Assembly (NCBI GenBank): GCA_964364285.1 | Contig: CAYIKZ010000004.1 | Coordinates: 1-56,763 of the forward strand | Direction of reading: 5' to 3' | Origin: an uncultured Candidatus Saccharibacteria bacterium | GTDB lineage: Bacteria > Patescibacteriota > Doudnabacteria > UBA920 > VMFF01 | DNA length: 56,763 nt | The notes under the pieces: model-generated | Seen by the model: only the letters and a program-made list of their open reading frames with translations | Database searches by the model: none | What the model was told of the DNA's origin: nothing | Shown: positions 28,078 through 37,003 of the stretch, in pieces | How positions within the stretch are numbered: position 1 is the stretch's first letter | Layout: every line of letters starts with the position of its first letter | Program-made: the position numbers and the translations under genes

Positions 28078-28353
28078 TTGAAACATATTTCCGTATTTTT
28101 CTTGCATCATTTTCTTAAAATTTTCATTTAAGTCATGCAGTGCCTCTCGAATGTCTTGAGCGATCTTTTTTCTGTCTCCGACTACACCGTCCATAACTTC
28201 AACGCTTTTAATATCCTGATTACCATCCATGATTAAACGAATCATGGCGTCATTAGATTGTCCTGTAACCTGAACCTGTGCAAGCTGCATTTGCATTTGC
28301 TTTGCTTGCTGTCGCATTGAATTTAAGTCTTTTAGCTTATCAAACATTCCCAT
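28075..28353 (-). CDS. YbaB/EbfC family nucleoid-associated protein
   Basis: 92 aa. The N-terminal ..LNSMRQQAKQMQMQL.. sequence and overall pattern match YbaB. Confidence 0.8.
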   Translation of the reverse strand: MGMFDKLKDLNSMRQQAKQMQMQLAQVQVTGQSNDAMIRLIMDGNQDIKSVEVMDGVVGDRKKIAQDIREALHDLNENFKKMMQEKYGNMFQ

Positions 28354-28391
28354 ATGTGTCCCTTTCTTGATTTAAGGAAATAATATACGAA

Positions 28392-29111
28392 CTAGTGGAA
28401 AATCTCAATCTTAATGTCTCTAATACCCCAGCCCTTTGAAATGAGCAAGCTTCTTGTATCTTTAATCATCTGTGGAGAACCACAGATGTATGCTAGATAT
28501 CCTGTAAACTTAGAGCTGTTTTCTTCAATGTATTTAGTTATTCTACCTGTTTCCCCTTTCCAATTTGCTTGTGGTTTTGAAAGCATTGGTATGAAAGTAA
28601 AGTTTGGATGCTCTTCTGCAAGCTTTGAAAACTCATCATGATAGAAAATATCCTCTTCTTTTCTAACACCAAACAAAAGAACAATCTTTTTATCAAATCC
28701 ACTCTTTAACAAATCTTTGATCATTGATCTAAACGGAGCAATACCAGCACCGGTTGCAAGAAACAACAAATCTCTGGTTTTGTCTGAAACAATGAATCCG
28801 CCATATGGACCCTCTAAATTAAAATGATCACCTGGGTTTAAATTAATCACGAGCTTTGAAGCAGGACCCATAGGAGAAACATCAATACAGAAACTTAACT
28901 CATTACCATGCTCTGGTAATGATGTTAAAGAATACAAACGCTTTTCTTTAGTTTGGAGAGCAGGACCCTCTGTCTCAGGAAGAACGTGGAAACCAACACA
29001 CTGCCCTGCTTTAAACTCTAAGTTGCTTGAATTAACTAAACGAACGTTTAATTCATAGATTTTACTGGTCAGCTGTTTTTTAGATACTACTTCTACTTTG
29101 TACACTTCCAT
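28392..29111 (-). CDS. ferredoxin-NADP reductase-like FAD/NAD(P)-binding oxidoreductase
   Basis: RLYSLTS (the RxYS FAD motif) and GTGIAP-like LATGAGIAPFRS. Confidence 0.75.
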   Translation of the reverse strand: MEVYKVEVVSKKQLTSKIYELNVRLVNSSNLEFKAGQCVGFHVLPETEGPALQTKEKRLYSLTSLPEHGNELSFCIDVSPMGPASKLVINLNPGDHFNLEGPYGGFIVSDKTRDLLFLATGAGIAPFRSMIKDLLKSGFDKKIVLLFGVRKEEDIFYHDEFSKLAEEHPNFTFIPMLSKPQANWKGETGRITKYIEENSSKFTGYLAYICGSPQMIKDTRSLLISKGWGIRDIKIEIFH

Positions 29112-29172
29112 AGTTTGTGTGTTTACACGACTGTTAAGATATTATATACTTTTAGGGCTTTTTAAGAAACTT

Positions 29173-29247
29173 TGGGGTGTCGCCAAGTGGTAAGGCAGCG
29201 GCCTTTGAAGCCGCCATTCGTAGGTTCGAATCCTACCACCCCAGCCA
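29173..29247 (+). tRNA. tRNA-Gln (TTG)
   Basis: TGGGGTG-TC-GCCA-AGTGGTAA-GGCA-GCGGC-CTTTGAA-GCCGC-..-TAGGTTCGAATCCTA-CACCCCA-G-CCA. It closely resembles E. coli tRNA-Gln. Confidence 0.95.
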
Positions 29248-29392
29248 AGAAAAATAAGTGTCGAGTGAGCGGGATGTATTTATATTTCTCATGAACACAA
29301 ATTTTACGATCGGTGTTTTTTATTTGTTTGGATCACCTATTTTCCTTGTGAAGAAAAATATAAAAATGTATAATTACAAAAAGGGTCAAATC

Positions 29393-29947
29393 ATGTTCCA
29401 ACGATACCAAAATTGGAAATATAAAAATACAAGCTTCTTAATCTTTAGCTTGGTTGTCTTTTTTTATTTTGCTGATTCAGAGGTTGTCCAAAACTTTATT
29501 AATGGTCTTGGCTCACTGGGTTACTTTGGTGCTTTTATCACTGGCATTTTCTTTGTGTCTACGTTTACAGTTGCTCCAGCAGCCGTCGTACTGTTCCACT
29601 TAGCTAATCATCTTAATCCTTTTGAGGTTGCAATCCTCGCAGGACTTGGAGCAGTAGTTGGTGATTATATAATCTTTCGCTTTTTCAAAGATAGAGTGTT
29701 TGCTGAACTCAAACCTTTGTTTGACCGCTTAACAGGATCCAGAGTATCGGAGTTAATGCGAACGCCCTACTTTGCCTGGCTTTTGCCAGTAATTGGTGCA
29801 ACTATTATCGCTTCCCCACTACCTGATGAGCTTGGTGTTGGTATCTTAGGAATTGCTAAAATGAAGCCATGGAAATTTCTTATTTTATCATTTTTCCTAA
29901 ACGCCGTTGGTATATTTATTATAGTCACTTTGGCAAAATCATTTTAA
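29393..29947 (+). CDS. integral membrane protein (possibly VTT/DedA-TVP38-like)
   Basis: Multiple TM segments and an SPLPDE motif. Start chosen at the ATG at 29393, preceded by AAGGG. The track start at 29258 abuts the tRNA. Confidence 0.55.
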   Translation: MFQRYQNWKYKNTSFLIFSLVVFFYFADSEVVQNFINGLGSLGYFGAFITGIFFVSTFTVAPAAVVLFHLANHLNPFEVAILAGLGAVVGDYIIFRFFKDRVFAELKPLFDRLTGSRVSELMRTPYFAWLLPVIGATIIASPLPDELGVGILGIAKMKPWKFLILSFFLNAVGIFIIVTLAKSF

Positions 29948-30047
29948 CCATAGCTTAAGTAGAATATATAAATAATAATCATTTATTTTTTATATTGGTA
30001 TACTATAAGAAGTTAATCATTATCAGTATTAATAAGAAAAAATTAAA

Positions 30048-32633
30048 TTGCAAGAAAAATTCTGGAATTTATCTCCCAAAGAAACAGCGGATTTTTTTGA
30101 AACCGATTCAGAGGTTGGTCTCGCTGCGGTTGAAGCAAAAAAACGACTATTGGTATTCGGAAGAAATACAATCCGTGCCTCCAAACGGATAGGATGGTTT
30201 AAAATTATTCTAAATCAGCTCAAGAGTCCTTTAATACTCGTGCTTATTTTTGCTGGCATTATAACCTTAACCATTTCCCATTACCGGGATGCTGTTTTTA
30301 TTTTCATTGCTGTAGTCGTGAATTCAGCTTTAGGCTTCTATCAGGAGAACAAGGCCGAACGCGCGCTTGCCGAGCTTAAGACATATCTCAAACAGCGAGC
30401 ACGAGTTATTCGAGACGGGCAGGAACGAGAGATTGAAGCGGAAGAACTTGTCCCCGGTGACATTATTCGTCTAGCTCAGGGCGACCGAGTTCCTGCAGAT
30501 GCCCGAGTCATGTTCATCAATGATTTTCAAGTCGACGAAGCCGTGCTAACCGGTGAGTCTTTGCCAGTCTCTAAATCCGCAGAAAAAACACCGGAATCAA
30601 CGGGGCTCTCGGATCAAGACTCTATGATCTTTGCCGGAACATTAGTCACTCAAGGAGTGTGCTCGGCCATTGTCTGCCGTACCGGTTCAAGCACCGAGTT
30701 CGGCAAGATCGCTTCGATTATCGCCACGTCGGAGAACGAAAAGACTCCTCTTCAAAAAGCGATCATCAATTTTAGTATTTACTCTAGTATAGCTCTTGGA
30801 ATTTTAACGCTTGTGGTATTCGGCATTGGTATACTTGCTGGTTATTCCGTTCTCGACATGTTCCTTACTTCTGTCGCCATAGCCGTATCGGCTATTCCTG
30901 AGGGGTTACCAATATCCATGACTGTCATTCTGGCTGTCGGAGTGGAAAGAATGGCAAAACGAAAAGGCGTAGTGAGAAAGCTAGTTGCGGCCGAAGCTCT
31001 TGGCAGTACCACTATCATTCTCACGGATAAAACAGGGACTTTGACAATGGCAAAAATGGTGATGTCAAAAATTATTCCTTTTGGTGTTAACGAACAGAAG
31101 CTGATCGCTCGGGCTCTGACCAATGCAAATGTACTTATTGAAAATCCTTATGACGACCCAGAGTCGTGGCGTATGAATGGCAGGATTATGGAAAAAGCTC
31201 TCGTTCGTTCGGCTGGTTTTCGGGGGATGGACTTTGCCGAGATCACGGCCAAAGAACACATACTTCAAACCATGCCATTTAATGCAGTAAATAAATTCTC
31301 GGCGTCATTAATCAAGGAATCTGGTAAACACTTGCTTGTATATTTCGGTGCGCCTGACATTTTAGTTAATCATTCATCTCTTAGTACAAAAGAAAAAGAA
31401 GTGATGCTCAAGCAGATTGATTCACTTGCGTTTTCCGGAGAGCGCGTGCTTGGTGTTGCGACCAAAGAGGTTGTTAATACAGAGAATTTTTCTTTTTCAA
31501 AAGATCTGTCGCCTTCGCATCTTTCATTTAACGGCCTTATTTCGTTCCGTGATCCTATTCGTCTTGGCATCAAGCACGCCATCGACCGGGTTCAGGATGC
31601 TGGGGTTAAAACAGTGATTTTAACTGGCGATCATCGTGGGACTGCTGTAGCAGTGGCCAAGGAGATTGGTATGAAAATCGACGATAATTCGGTCCTAGAT
31701 GCTGCAGAACTTTCCAACCTATCGGAAGAAGAATTACGAGCTCGTTTGCCACGCCTTTCCGTGATATCCCGCGTCACGCCATTTGATAAACTTCGCATTG
31801 CCAAACTCTATCAGGAAATGGGAGAGGTGGTAGCTATGACTGGCGATGGTGTGAATGACGCACCAAGCATCCAACAGGCAAACGTCGGTATTGCTATGGG
31901 TTCAGGCACAGAAGTAGCACAAAGTGTTGCTGACCTCGTGCTTTTAGATGACAATTTTGAGACTATTGTTGCAGCCATTGAAGAGGGACGCCAAATTCTT
32001 GGCAACATCCGCAAAGTGCTCGTATATTTGCTATCCAATGTAACCGACGGCCTAATCCTTATTGGTGGGTCGCTTTTGACTGGTCTACCATTACCTTTAA
32101 ATGCTTTACAGATTCTTTGGGTTAACTTTTTCACCGACAGCTTCCCAGCCGTTTCATATGCATTCGAGAGGGAACCAGATGGTCTCATGCACAAGCCGTT
32201 AAAGAAAGGCAAGATAGAACTATTCGATCCGGTTATGAAATTCCTGATTCTTACGATTGGTCTTTCTACTAGTGCCTTGCTGTTCGTCATTTACTACGTC
32301 CTGATGCGACTTGACTTCGATGAGACCGTCGTTCGCACATTTATCTTTGCTGCTTTCGGCACATACACATTGTTTGTCGCGCTTTCGGTTAAAAGTTTAG
32401 ACAGAAGTATCTTTTCCTATCCGCTGTTTTCAAACAAATATATTAATAGCGGTATTCTCGTCGGTCTTGTTCTTATGGCTGTAGCTATCTATGCACCCGG
32501 ATTGCAGACTATTTTCAAAACGGTGTCGTTGCCTCTAAATTGGGTGGTTGGAGTTGCATTGATCGGTCTGTTGAACATTGGTCTGATCGAGATCGCAAAA
32601 TGGTTTTTTAGAAACAGACAACTTACGCAATAA
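30048..32633 (+). CDS. P-type cation-transporting ATPase (type II, Ca2+/Mg2+-like)
   Basis: DKTGTLT phosphorylation site, TGES, TGDGVNDAP and ten or so TM segments. TTG start. 50% G+C in the 30421-30480 sample. Confidence 0.9.
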   Translation: MQEKFWNLSPKETADFFETDSEVGLAAVEAKKRLLVFGRNTIRASKRIGWFKIILNQLKSPLILVLIFAGIITLTISHYRDAVFIFIAVVVNSALGFYQENKAERALAELKTYLKQRARVIRDGQEREIEAEELVPGDIIRLAQGDRVPADARVMFINDFQVDEAVLTGESLPVSKSAEKTPESTGLSDQDSMIFAGTLVTQGVCSAIVCRTGSSTEFGKIASIIATSENEKTPLQKAIINFSIYSSIALGILTLVVFGIGILAGYSVLDMFLTSVAIAVSAIPEGLPISMTVILAVGVERMAKRKGVVRKLVAAEALGSTTIILTDKTGTLTMAKMVMSKIIPFGVNEQKLIARALTNANVLIENPYDDPESWRMNGRIMEKALVRSAGFRGMDFAEITAKEHILQTMPFNAVNKFSASLIKESGKHLLVYFGAPDILVNHSSLSTKEKEVMLKQIDSLAFSGERVLGVATKEVVNTENFSFSKDLSPSHLSFNGLISFRDPIRLGIKHAIDRVQDAGVKTVILTGDHRGTAVAVAKEIGMKIDDNSVLDAAELSNLSEEELRARLPRLSVISRVTPFDKLRIAKLYQEMGEVVAMTGDGVNDAPSIQQANVGIAMGSGTEVAQSVADLVLLDDNFETIVAAIEEGRQILGNIRKVLVYLLSNVTDGLILIGGSLLTGLPLPLNALQILWVNFFTDSFPAVSYAFEREPDGLMHKPLKKGKIELFDPVMKFLILTIGLSTSALLFVIYYVLMRLDFDETVVRTFIFAAFGTYTLFVALSVKSLDRSIFSYPLFSNKYINSGILVGLVLMAVAIYAPGLQTIFKTVSLPLNWVVGVALIGLLNIGLIEIAKWFFRNRQLTQ

Positions 32634-32750
32634 TCAAATTAAATAACCAGTTTATTCTCTCTTGGTCATGGAAGCTAATTCACAAAATAAGTAAGAAATG
32701 CAGTGTAGGGTGTATAATAGAGATAACAAAATCATTAAGAAACAAAATAT

Positions 32751-33131
32751 ATGGACACAACAACATTTTTAGCGCAGATGTGGGGACCAGCTATTTTAGC
32801 AGTTGCCCTTGGTGTATTTTTCAGCCGTGAATACTATGTGAAGATTTATCGAGATCTTCAAAAAGAAGCTTTAGCATTATTGCTCTTTGGTATGGTGGCG
32901 ATTTCTGCTGGTATTGCTCACATTCATTTTCATAATGTATGGGGATCATTCCCAGAAGTAATTATAAGCTTCCTTGGTTGGGCACTCTTGCTCAAGGGCT
33001 TAGTGATGGCAATCTTCCCGAAAATGGTAGACATGGTCGGAGACTACGAAGCTAAGTCCAATTTAATTCCTGCAGCTGGTGGGCTCATGCTTATTGTCGG
33101 TGCGTATCTCACGTGGTTTGGATTCTTCTAA
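32751..33131 (+). CDS. hypothetical 4-TM membrane protein
   Basis: Hydrophobic ORF with an ATG start. No motif recognised. Confidence 0.5.
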   Translation: MDTTTFLAQMWGPAILAVALGVFFSREYYVKIYRDLQKEALALLLFGMVAISAGIAHIHFHNVWGSFPEVIISFLGWALLLKGLVMAIFPKMVDMVGDYEAKSNLIPAAGGLMLIVGAYLTWFGFF

Positions 33132-33145
33132 ATTAATGTAAACCT

Positions 33146-33397
33146 ATGAAGAAGATTCGAAAAATCTATTTACCGAAATGGCAGAGATGGTTTTTAATCC
33201 CACTGTTCGTTTTAATTTGGGGTTTTCTAACTTATTTAAATTTCTTTGGTCCACAAGAGGCTCGTGAAGAACTTGGTATTGTTGGCTATGTCATACTCAG
33301 CATTATATTCCTCGGACTAGGCATTATGATGTGGCTATTATCGTCCGGCAAACTTCCTGCGTACCTTATTGAAGAAGGAGACGAAAATCAGAACTAG
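33146..33397 (+). CDS. hypothetical 2-TM membrane protein
   Basis: Hydrophobic ORF that follows the previous gene by 14 nt. Confidence 0.45.
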   Translation: MKKIRKIYLPKWQRWFLIPLFVLIWGFLTYLNFFGPQEAREELGIVGYVILSIIFLGLGIMMWLLSSGKLPAYLIEEGDENQN

Positions 33398-33470
33398 CCT
33401 AGGAAAGTATTAGCAAGCACGCGACCGATTAAAAAATACTTGATTATTGTTAACAAAATACTAAACCAAC

Positions 33471-34718
33471 GTGGATAAAAAGAAGCTGTTTCTGTGGAGC
33501 ATGTATGACTTTGCTAACTCCATTATTTGGATTATCTTTTTCCTATACTTTTCTCAATGGCTGACAATAGAAAGAGGCGTCTCGGATTTTTGGTACAACT
33601 TTATCTTCACAGCATCTAGTATTCTACTTGTACTGACTGCCCCTGTGGCTGCTTCTATTGCTGACAAAAAAAGAGTTAAGTTGCCCGGTTTAAGAATTAC
33701 GACCGTACTTTCTTTCATATTCTTCTTTTTAACCGGCGTAATCGCCGCTTTCTATCCTGATCATTATGTTCTTGCTTTAGTCTTTGCAACTTTAGCAATG
33801 TATCTTTATCTTTTCTGTTTTACTTACTATCATCCCCTGCTTTCAGACATTGCTCCTCCAGAAAAACAAGGGTTAGCATCTGGCTGGGGTATTTTTGGAA
33901 ACGAGACAGGACAAATATTTGCTCTATTAGCCAGTATTCCTTTAGCTTCTGGAACTATAATATTATTCCACTCATCTTTACGCGCTCAAACCCTTATTCC
34001 GGCAGCAATCCTCTTTTTCGTATTCTCTCTTCCAATGCTAATTTTCTTTAAAGAAAAAAATACTAAACTAGAAGTTAAAGCAAACCTTAAATCCGAATAC
34101 AAAAGCATTGTTAAGTCCACTGTAGAGATGTTTAAGCTACCTGGACTAGGACGTTTTTTCTTGGCTTATTTCTTTTTTAATGATGCAATAATAACTGCTT
34201 CAAATAATTTTGCAATTTATCTTGAAAGAGTCTTTCAAGTAAACGATACAACAAAATCTTTGGTGCTAGTAGGCATAATATTCGTAGGTGCTATTGGCGC
34301 ACCAATCAGTGGCTGGATTTCAGATAAATATGGCTGGAAGAGAACTCTGATGTGGCTTTTAATCGGGTTCGCGGTAATATTCCCTCTTCTCTCAGTGCTT
34401 TCTAATTTCTATATTTTCCTCGCAGTCGTTATTATTATGGGTCTTTGGTGGGGTGGCATTTGGTCAGTTACCCGCGCTATAGTCCTAGATTTAACTCCAG
34501 AACGTGACTTAAACCAAGCCTTTACTTTCTATACCCTTATGGAAAGATTTTCGACTTTGATAGGTCCTATCTCATGGGGACTAATCGTTGCTTTTGTAAC
34601 ACAAACAAATTCTTTGAATTACAAGATAGCCATAGCTAGCATGACAGTCTTTATCCTAATCGGCTTGTACATAGCTAGAAAATTGCCGGATAAAAAGAAA
34701 GTTCTTTCGAGCACATAA
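33471..34718 (+). CDS. MFS transporter (UMF1/Atg22-like)
   Basis: N-terminal WSMYDFANS motif and 12 or so TM segments. GTG start. Confidence 0.75.
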   Translation: MDKKKLFLWSMYDFANSIIWIIFFLYFSQWLTIERGVSDFWYNFIFTASSILLVLTAPVAASIADKKRVKLPGLRITTVLSFIFFFLTGVIAAFYPDHYVLALVFATLAMYLYLFCFTYYHPLLSDIAPPEKQGLASGWGIFGNETGQIFALLASIPLASGTIILFHSSLRAQTLIPAAILFFVFSLPMLIFFKEKNTKLEVKANLKSEYKSIVKSTVEMFKLPGLGRFFLAYFFFNDAIITASNNFAIYLERVFQVNDTTKSLVLVGIIFVGAIGAPISGWISDKYGWKRTLMWLLIGFAVIFPLLSVLSNFYIFLAVVIIMGLWWGGIWSVTRAIVLDLTPERDLNQAFTFYTLMERFSTLIGPISWGLIVAFVTQTNSLNYKIAIASMTVFILIGLYIARKLPDKKKVLSST

Positions 34719-34742
34719 ATCGCCTGTCTGGCGATTTTTTGT
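34718..34742 (+). terminator. intrinsic terminator after the MFS gene
   Basis: AATCGCC-tgtct-GGCGATT followed by TTTTT. Confidence 0.8.
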
Positions 34743-34754
34743 TATGCTTCCATC

Positions 34755-35453
34755 ATGAATCCAGAAAAAACTAAAAACGTCTTCAAGCTTCTCTCTATCC
34801 CCTTACTTCTTTTGGGGATATATCTTCTCCTTGCTTTGATTTGGAGAATCTTTCATCTTCCGACAGACAAAGCTTTGTTTGAAGTTCTGAGAGGCTACTT
34901 TACTGAATACGGTCTTTGGCTTATTTTCTTTGGTGCAATCATTGAAGGATTTTTGCTCTTAGGGCAATACTTTCCGGGTGGTTTAATAATCTTCCTCGGG
35001 GTTATCACTGCTGGTAATGATCTTAAAAGAGTCGTTTTGGTTATTTCTCTTGTTTCTCTTTCTTTTTTAATTGCATACTCTCTAAACTATATTGTTGGAA
35101 AATATGGTTGGTACAAACTTCTAGTTAAGTTTGGTTTAAGAGAATCTCTTGAAGATGCAAAAACAAAACTCATAAAACATGAGTTTAGCGCAATCTTCTT
35201 AAGTTATTGGGAACCTAACCTGGCATCTATAACCGCGACAGCTGCCGGTGTCTTGTTTATGCCTTTTAAACGCTTTCTACTGTATTCCCTGTTTGGAGTT
35301 ATTTTTTGGAATACTTTCTGGGGAACCTTAGTAGCTTCTCTTGGTGAGAATGCCATAAAGATTATGGGCATTAAATATGTCCTTGTAATCTTTGGCGCTT
35401 GGATTTGTATAATCTTGGTGAAAAAGTTTTTCTTTAAAAACAGGACTACTTAA
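34755..35453 (+). CDS. DedA family membrane protein
   Basis: YGLWLIFFGAIIEGFLLLGQYFPGG DedA signature. Confidence 0.75.
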   Translation: MNPEKTKNVFKLLSIPLLLLGIYLLLALIWRIFHLPTDKALFEVLRGYFTEYGLWLIFFGAIIEGFLLLGQYFPGGLIIFLGVITAGNDLKRVVLVISLVSLSFLIAYSLNYIVGKYGWYKLLVKFGLRESLEDAKTKLIKHEFSAIFLSYWEPNLASITATAAGVLFMPFKRFLLYSLFGVIFWNTFWGTLVASLGENAIKIMGIKYVLVIFGAWICIILVKKFFFKNRTT

Positions 35454-36054
35454 GAAACTCTAAGGGATCAAGCCAATTTTTTAAATCCTCCTGTTTCTGA
35501 ACATACCCTAAGATATTTATGCTATTTCCTTTGTGAATCCCAAGGTGTAAATGTTTTCTTTCACCATCTGTTTCTAAAGAATACCCTTTTCCTAAAATAC
35601 CGATTATATCCCCTGGTTTTAACAAGCCTTCTGCTTTGACGCTGGAAAGCTTTAAATGCCCGTATATGGCAGTTACAGTCTGTTCTTTGATATTACAAGC
35701 CTGAACAACAACTCCACCATAACCTGTTGCTGTTTTCTTTAAAACCAAATCCCCTTCACAAATTGCTCGAACCTGAATGTCTTTGTTTTGCTCATCTGCA
35801 AATGTTTCAAAATCAGATCCTGTGTGATATCCACTAAATTTTTCAGGTTGCACTGGTGAAGTTGCTTTTGATATTAATATTCCAAAAGGTTTTTTAGTTA
35901 TTCTCTCTTTTGCATTTTCTAAAGGAATGTTAGAAGCATTCGTTGTCTGTTCTGTAGGAGCAGTTACTTTATTATTCATCAAAAAGAAAAAACCCACAAT
36001 TAACAGAAATACTGAGAAGAACAATATCTTCTTGTTTCGTGGGCGTACAATCAT
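35446..36054 (-). CDS. M23 family metallopeptidase
   Basis: HTGSDF (HxxxD) and HLHLGIH (HxH) motifs plus an N-terminal anchor. Confidence 0.85.
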   Translation of the reverse strand: MIVRPRNKKILFFSVFLLIVGFFFLMNNKVTAPTEQTTNASNIPLENAKERITKKPFGILISKATSPVQPEKFSGYHTGSDFETFADEQNKDIQVRAICEGDLVLKKTATGYGGVVVQACNIKEQTVTAIYGHLKLSSVKAEGLLKPGDIIGILGKGYSLETDGERKHLHLGIHKGNSINILGYVQKQEDLKNWLDPLEFLK

Positions 36055-36064
36055 AGGGTTATGA

Positions 36065-36958
36065 CTAAACTTTTAGGTTTTTGAGGTACTCTGTTAATCC
36101 TTGACCGAGTTCTTGATCTTTTAATCCTAACTCAATGTTTGCTTTCATGTATTCAAGCTTGCTGCCGCAATCATAATATTTACCGTTTTGAATTTCTTTT
36201 GCGTACAGTGTTTTTCCTTGAGCAAGAAGTTTGTTTACTCCTTCCCAGATAACGAACTCATCTTTTCTTCCAGAGGCATCAAATTCTGTTCTTGCTTCTT
36301 GAAGTGCTTGGAAAAGATCAGGAGTAAAAATGCCGCTGAAAACAACCGCCATTTGTGAGGTTGTTTTTCCTGGTCCTGGCTTTTCAACGATTTTTGTTAC
36401 TTTAATAATCCCTGGTTCTACTTCCTCGCCTTCTACAAAGCCATAACGCTTGTAATCTTCTGGCTCGTTTTTTCTTTGAGTTGCAATTACTGGAGCATTG
36501 TATTTTTCATAGACCTCAACCAATTGCTGACAACGTGTTGGAGTTGCTTCAAAAATATCATCTGCTGAGAGCAAGAAAAATGGTTCATCTCCAATCAAAT
36601 CCTTTGCATTTAAAACAGGCGTACCGTTACCTAATGGTCCACGTTGGCGAAGATAGAAGAAATCAGCAATATCAGCAATCTTTCTGATGCTTTCTAATTC
36701 CTTAGTTTTACCTGCTTCTAAAAGTCTTGTTTCTAATTCAAAAGGATAATCAAAATGATCTTCTAATGCTTTCTTAAACCAACCTGTGACTATGATTATA
36801 TCTTCAGCTCCTGCTGAAACCGCATCCTCAACAATGTATTGGATGACTGGTTTGTCCACTACAGGAAGCATTTCTTTAGGAAGTGCTTTGGTTGCAGGCA
36901 AGAATCTTGTACCATAACCTGCAGCGGGAATTAAAGCTTTTCTTACTTTTTGTGCCAT
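36065..36958 (-). CDS. galU: UTP--glucose-1-phosphate uridylyltransferase
   Basis: KALIPAAGYGTRFLPATKALPKEMLPVVDKP signature. Confidence 0.93.
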   Translation of the reverse strand: MAQKVRKALIPAAGYGTRFLPATKALPKEMLPVVDKPVIQYIVEDAVSAGAEDIIIVTGWFKKALEDHFDYPFELETRLLEAGKTKELESIRKIADIADFFYLRQRGPLGNGTPVLNAKDLIGDEPFFLLSADDIFEATPTRCQQLVEVYEKYNAPVIATQRKNEPEDYKRYGFVEGEEVEPGIIKVTKIVEKPGPGKTTSQMAVVFSGIFTPDLFQALQEARTEFDASGRKDEFVIWEGVNKLLAQGKTLYAKEIQNGKYYDCGSKLEYMKANIELGLKDQELGQGLTEYLKNLKV

Positions 36959-37003
36959 ATATTAAATTAATTAATCTTTGAAAAGTATATTACAAGGTTT
37001 TGA

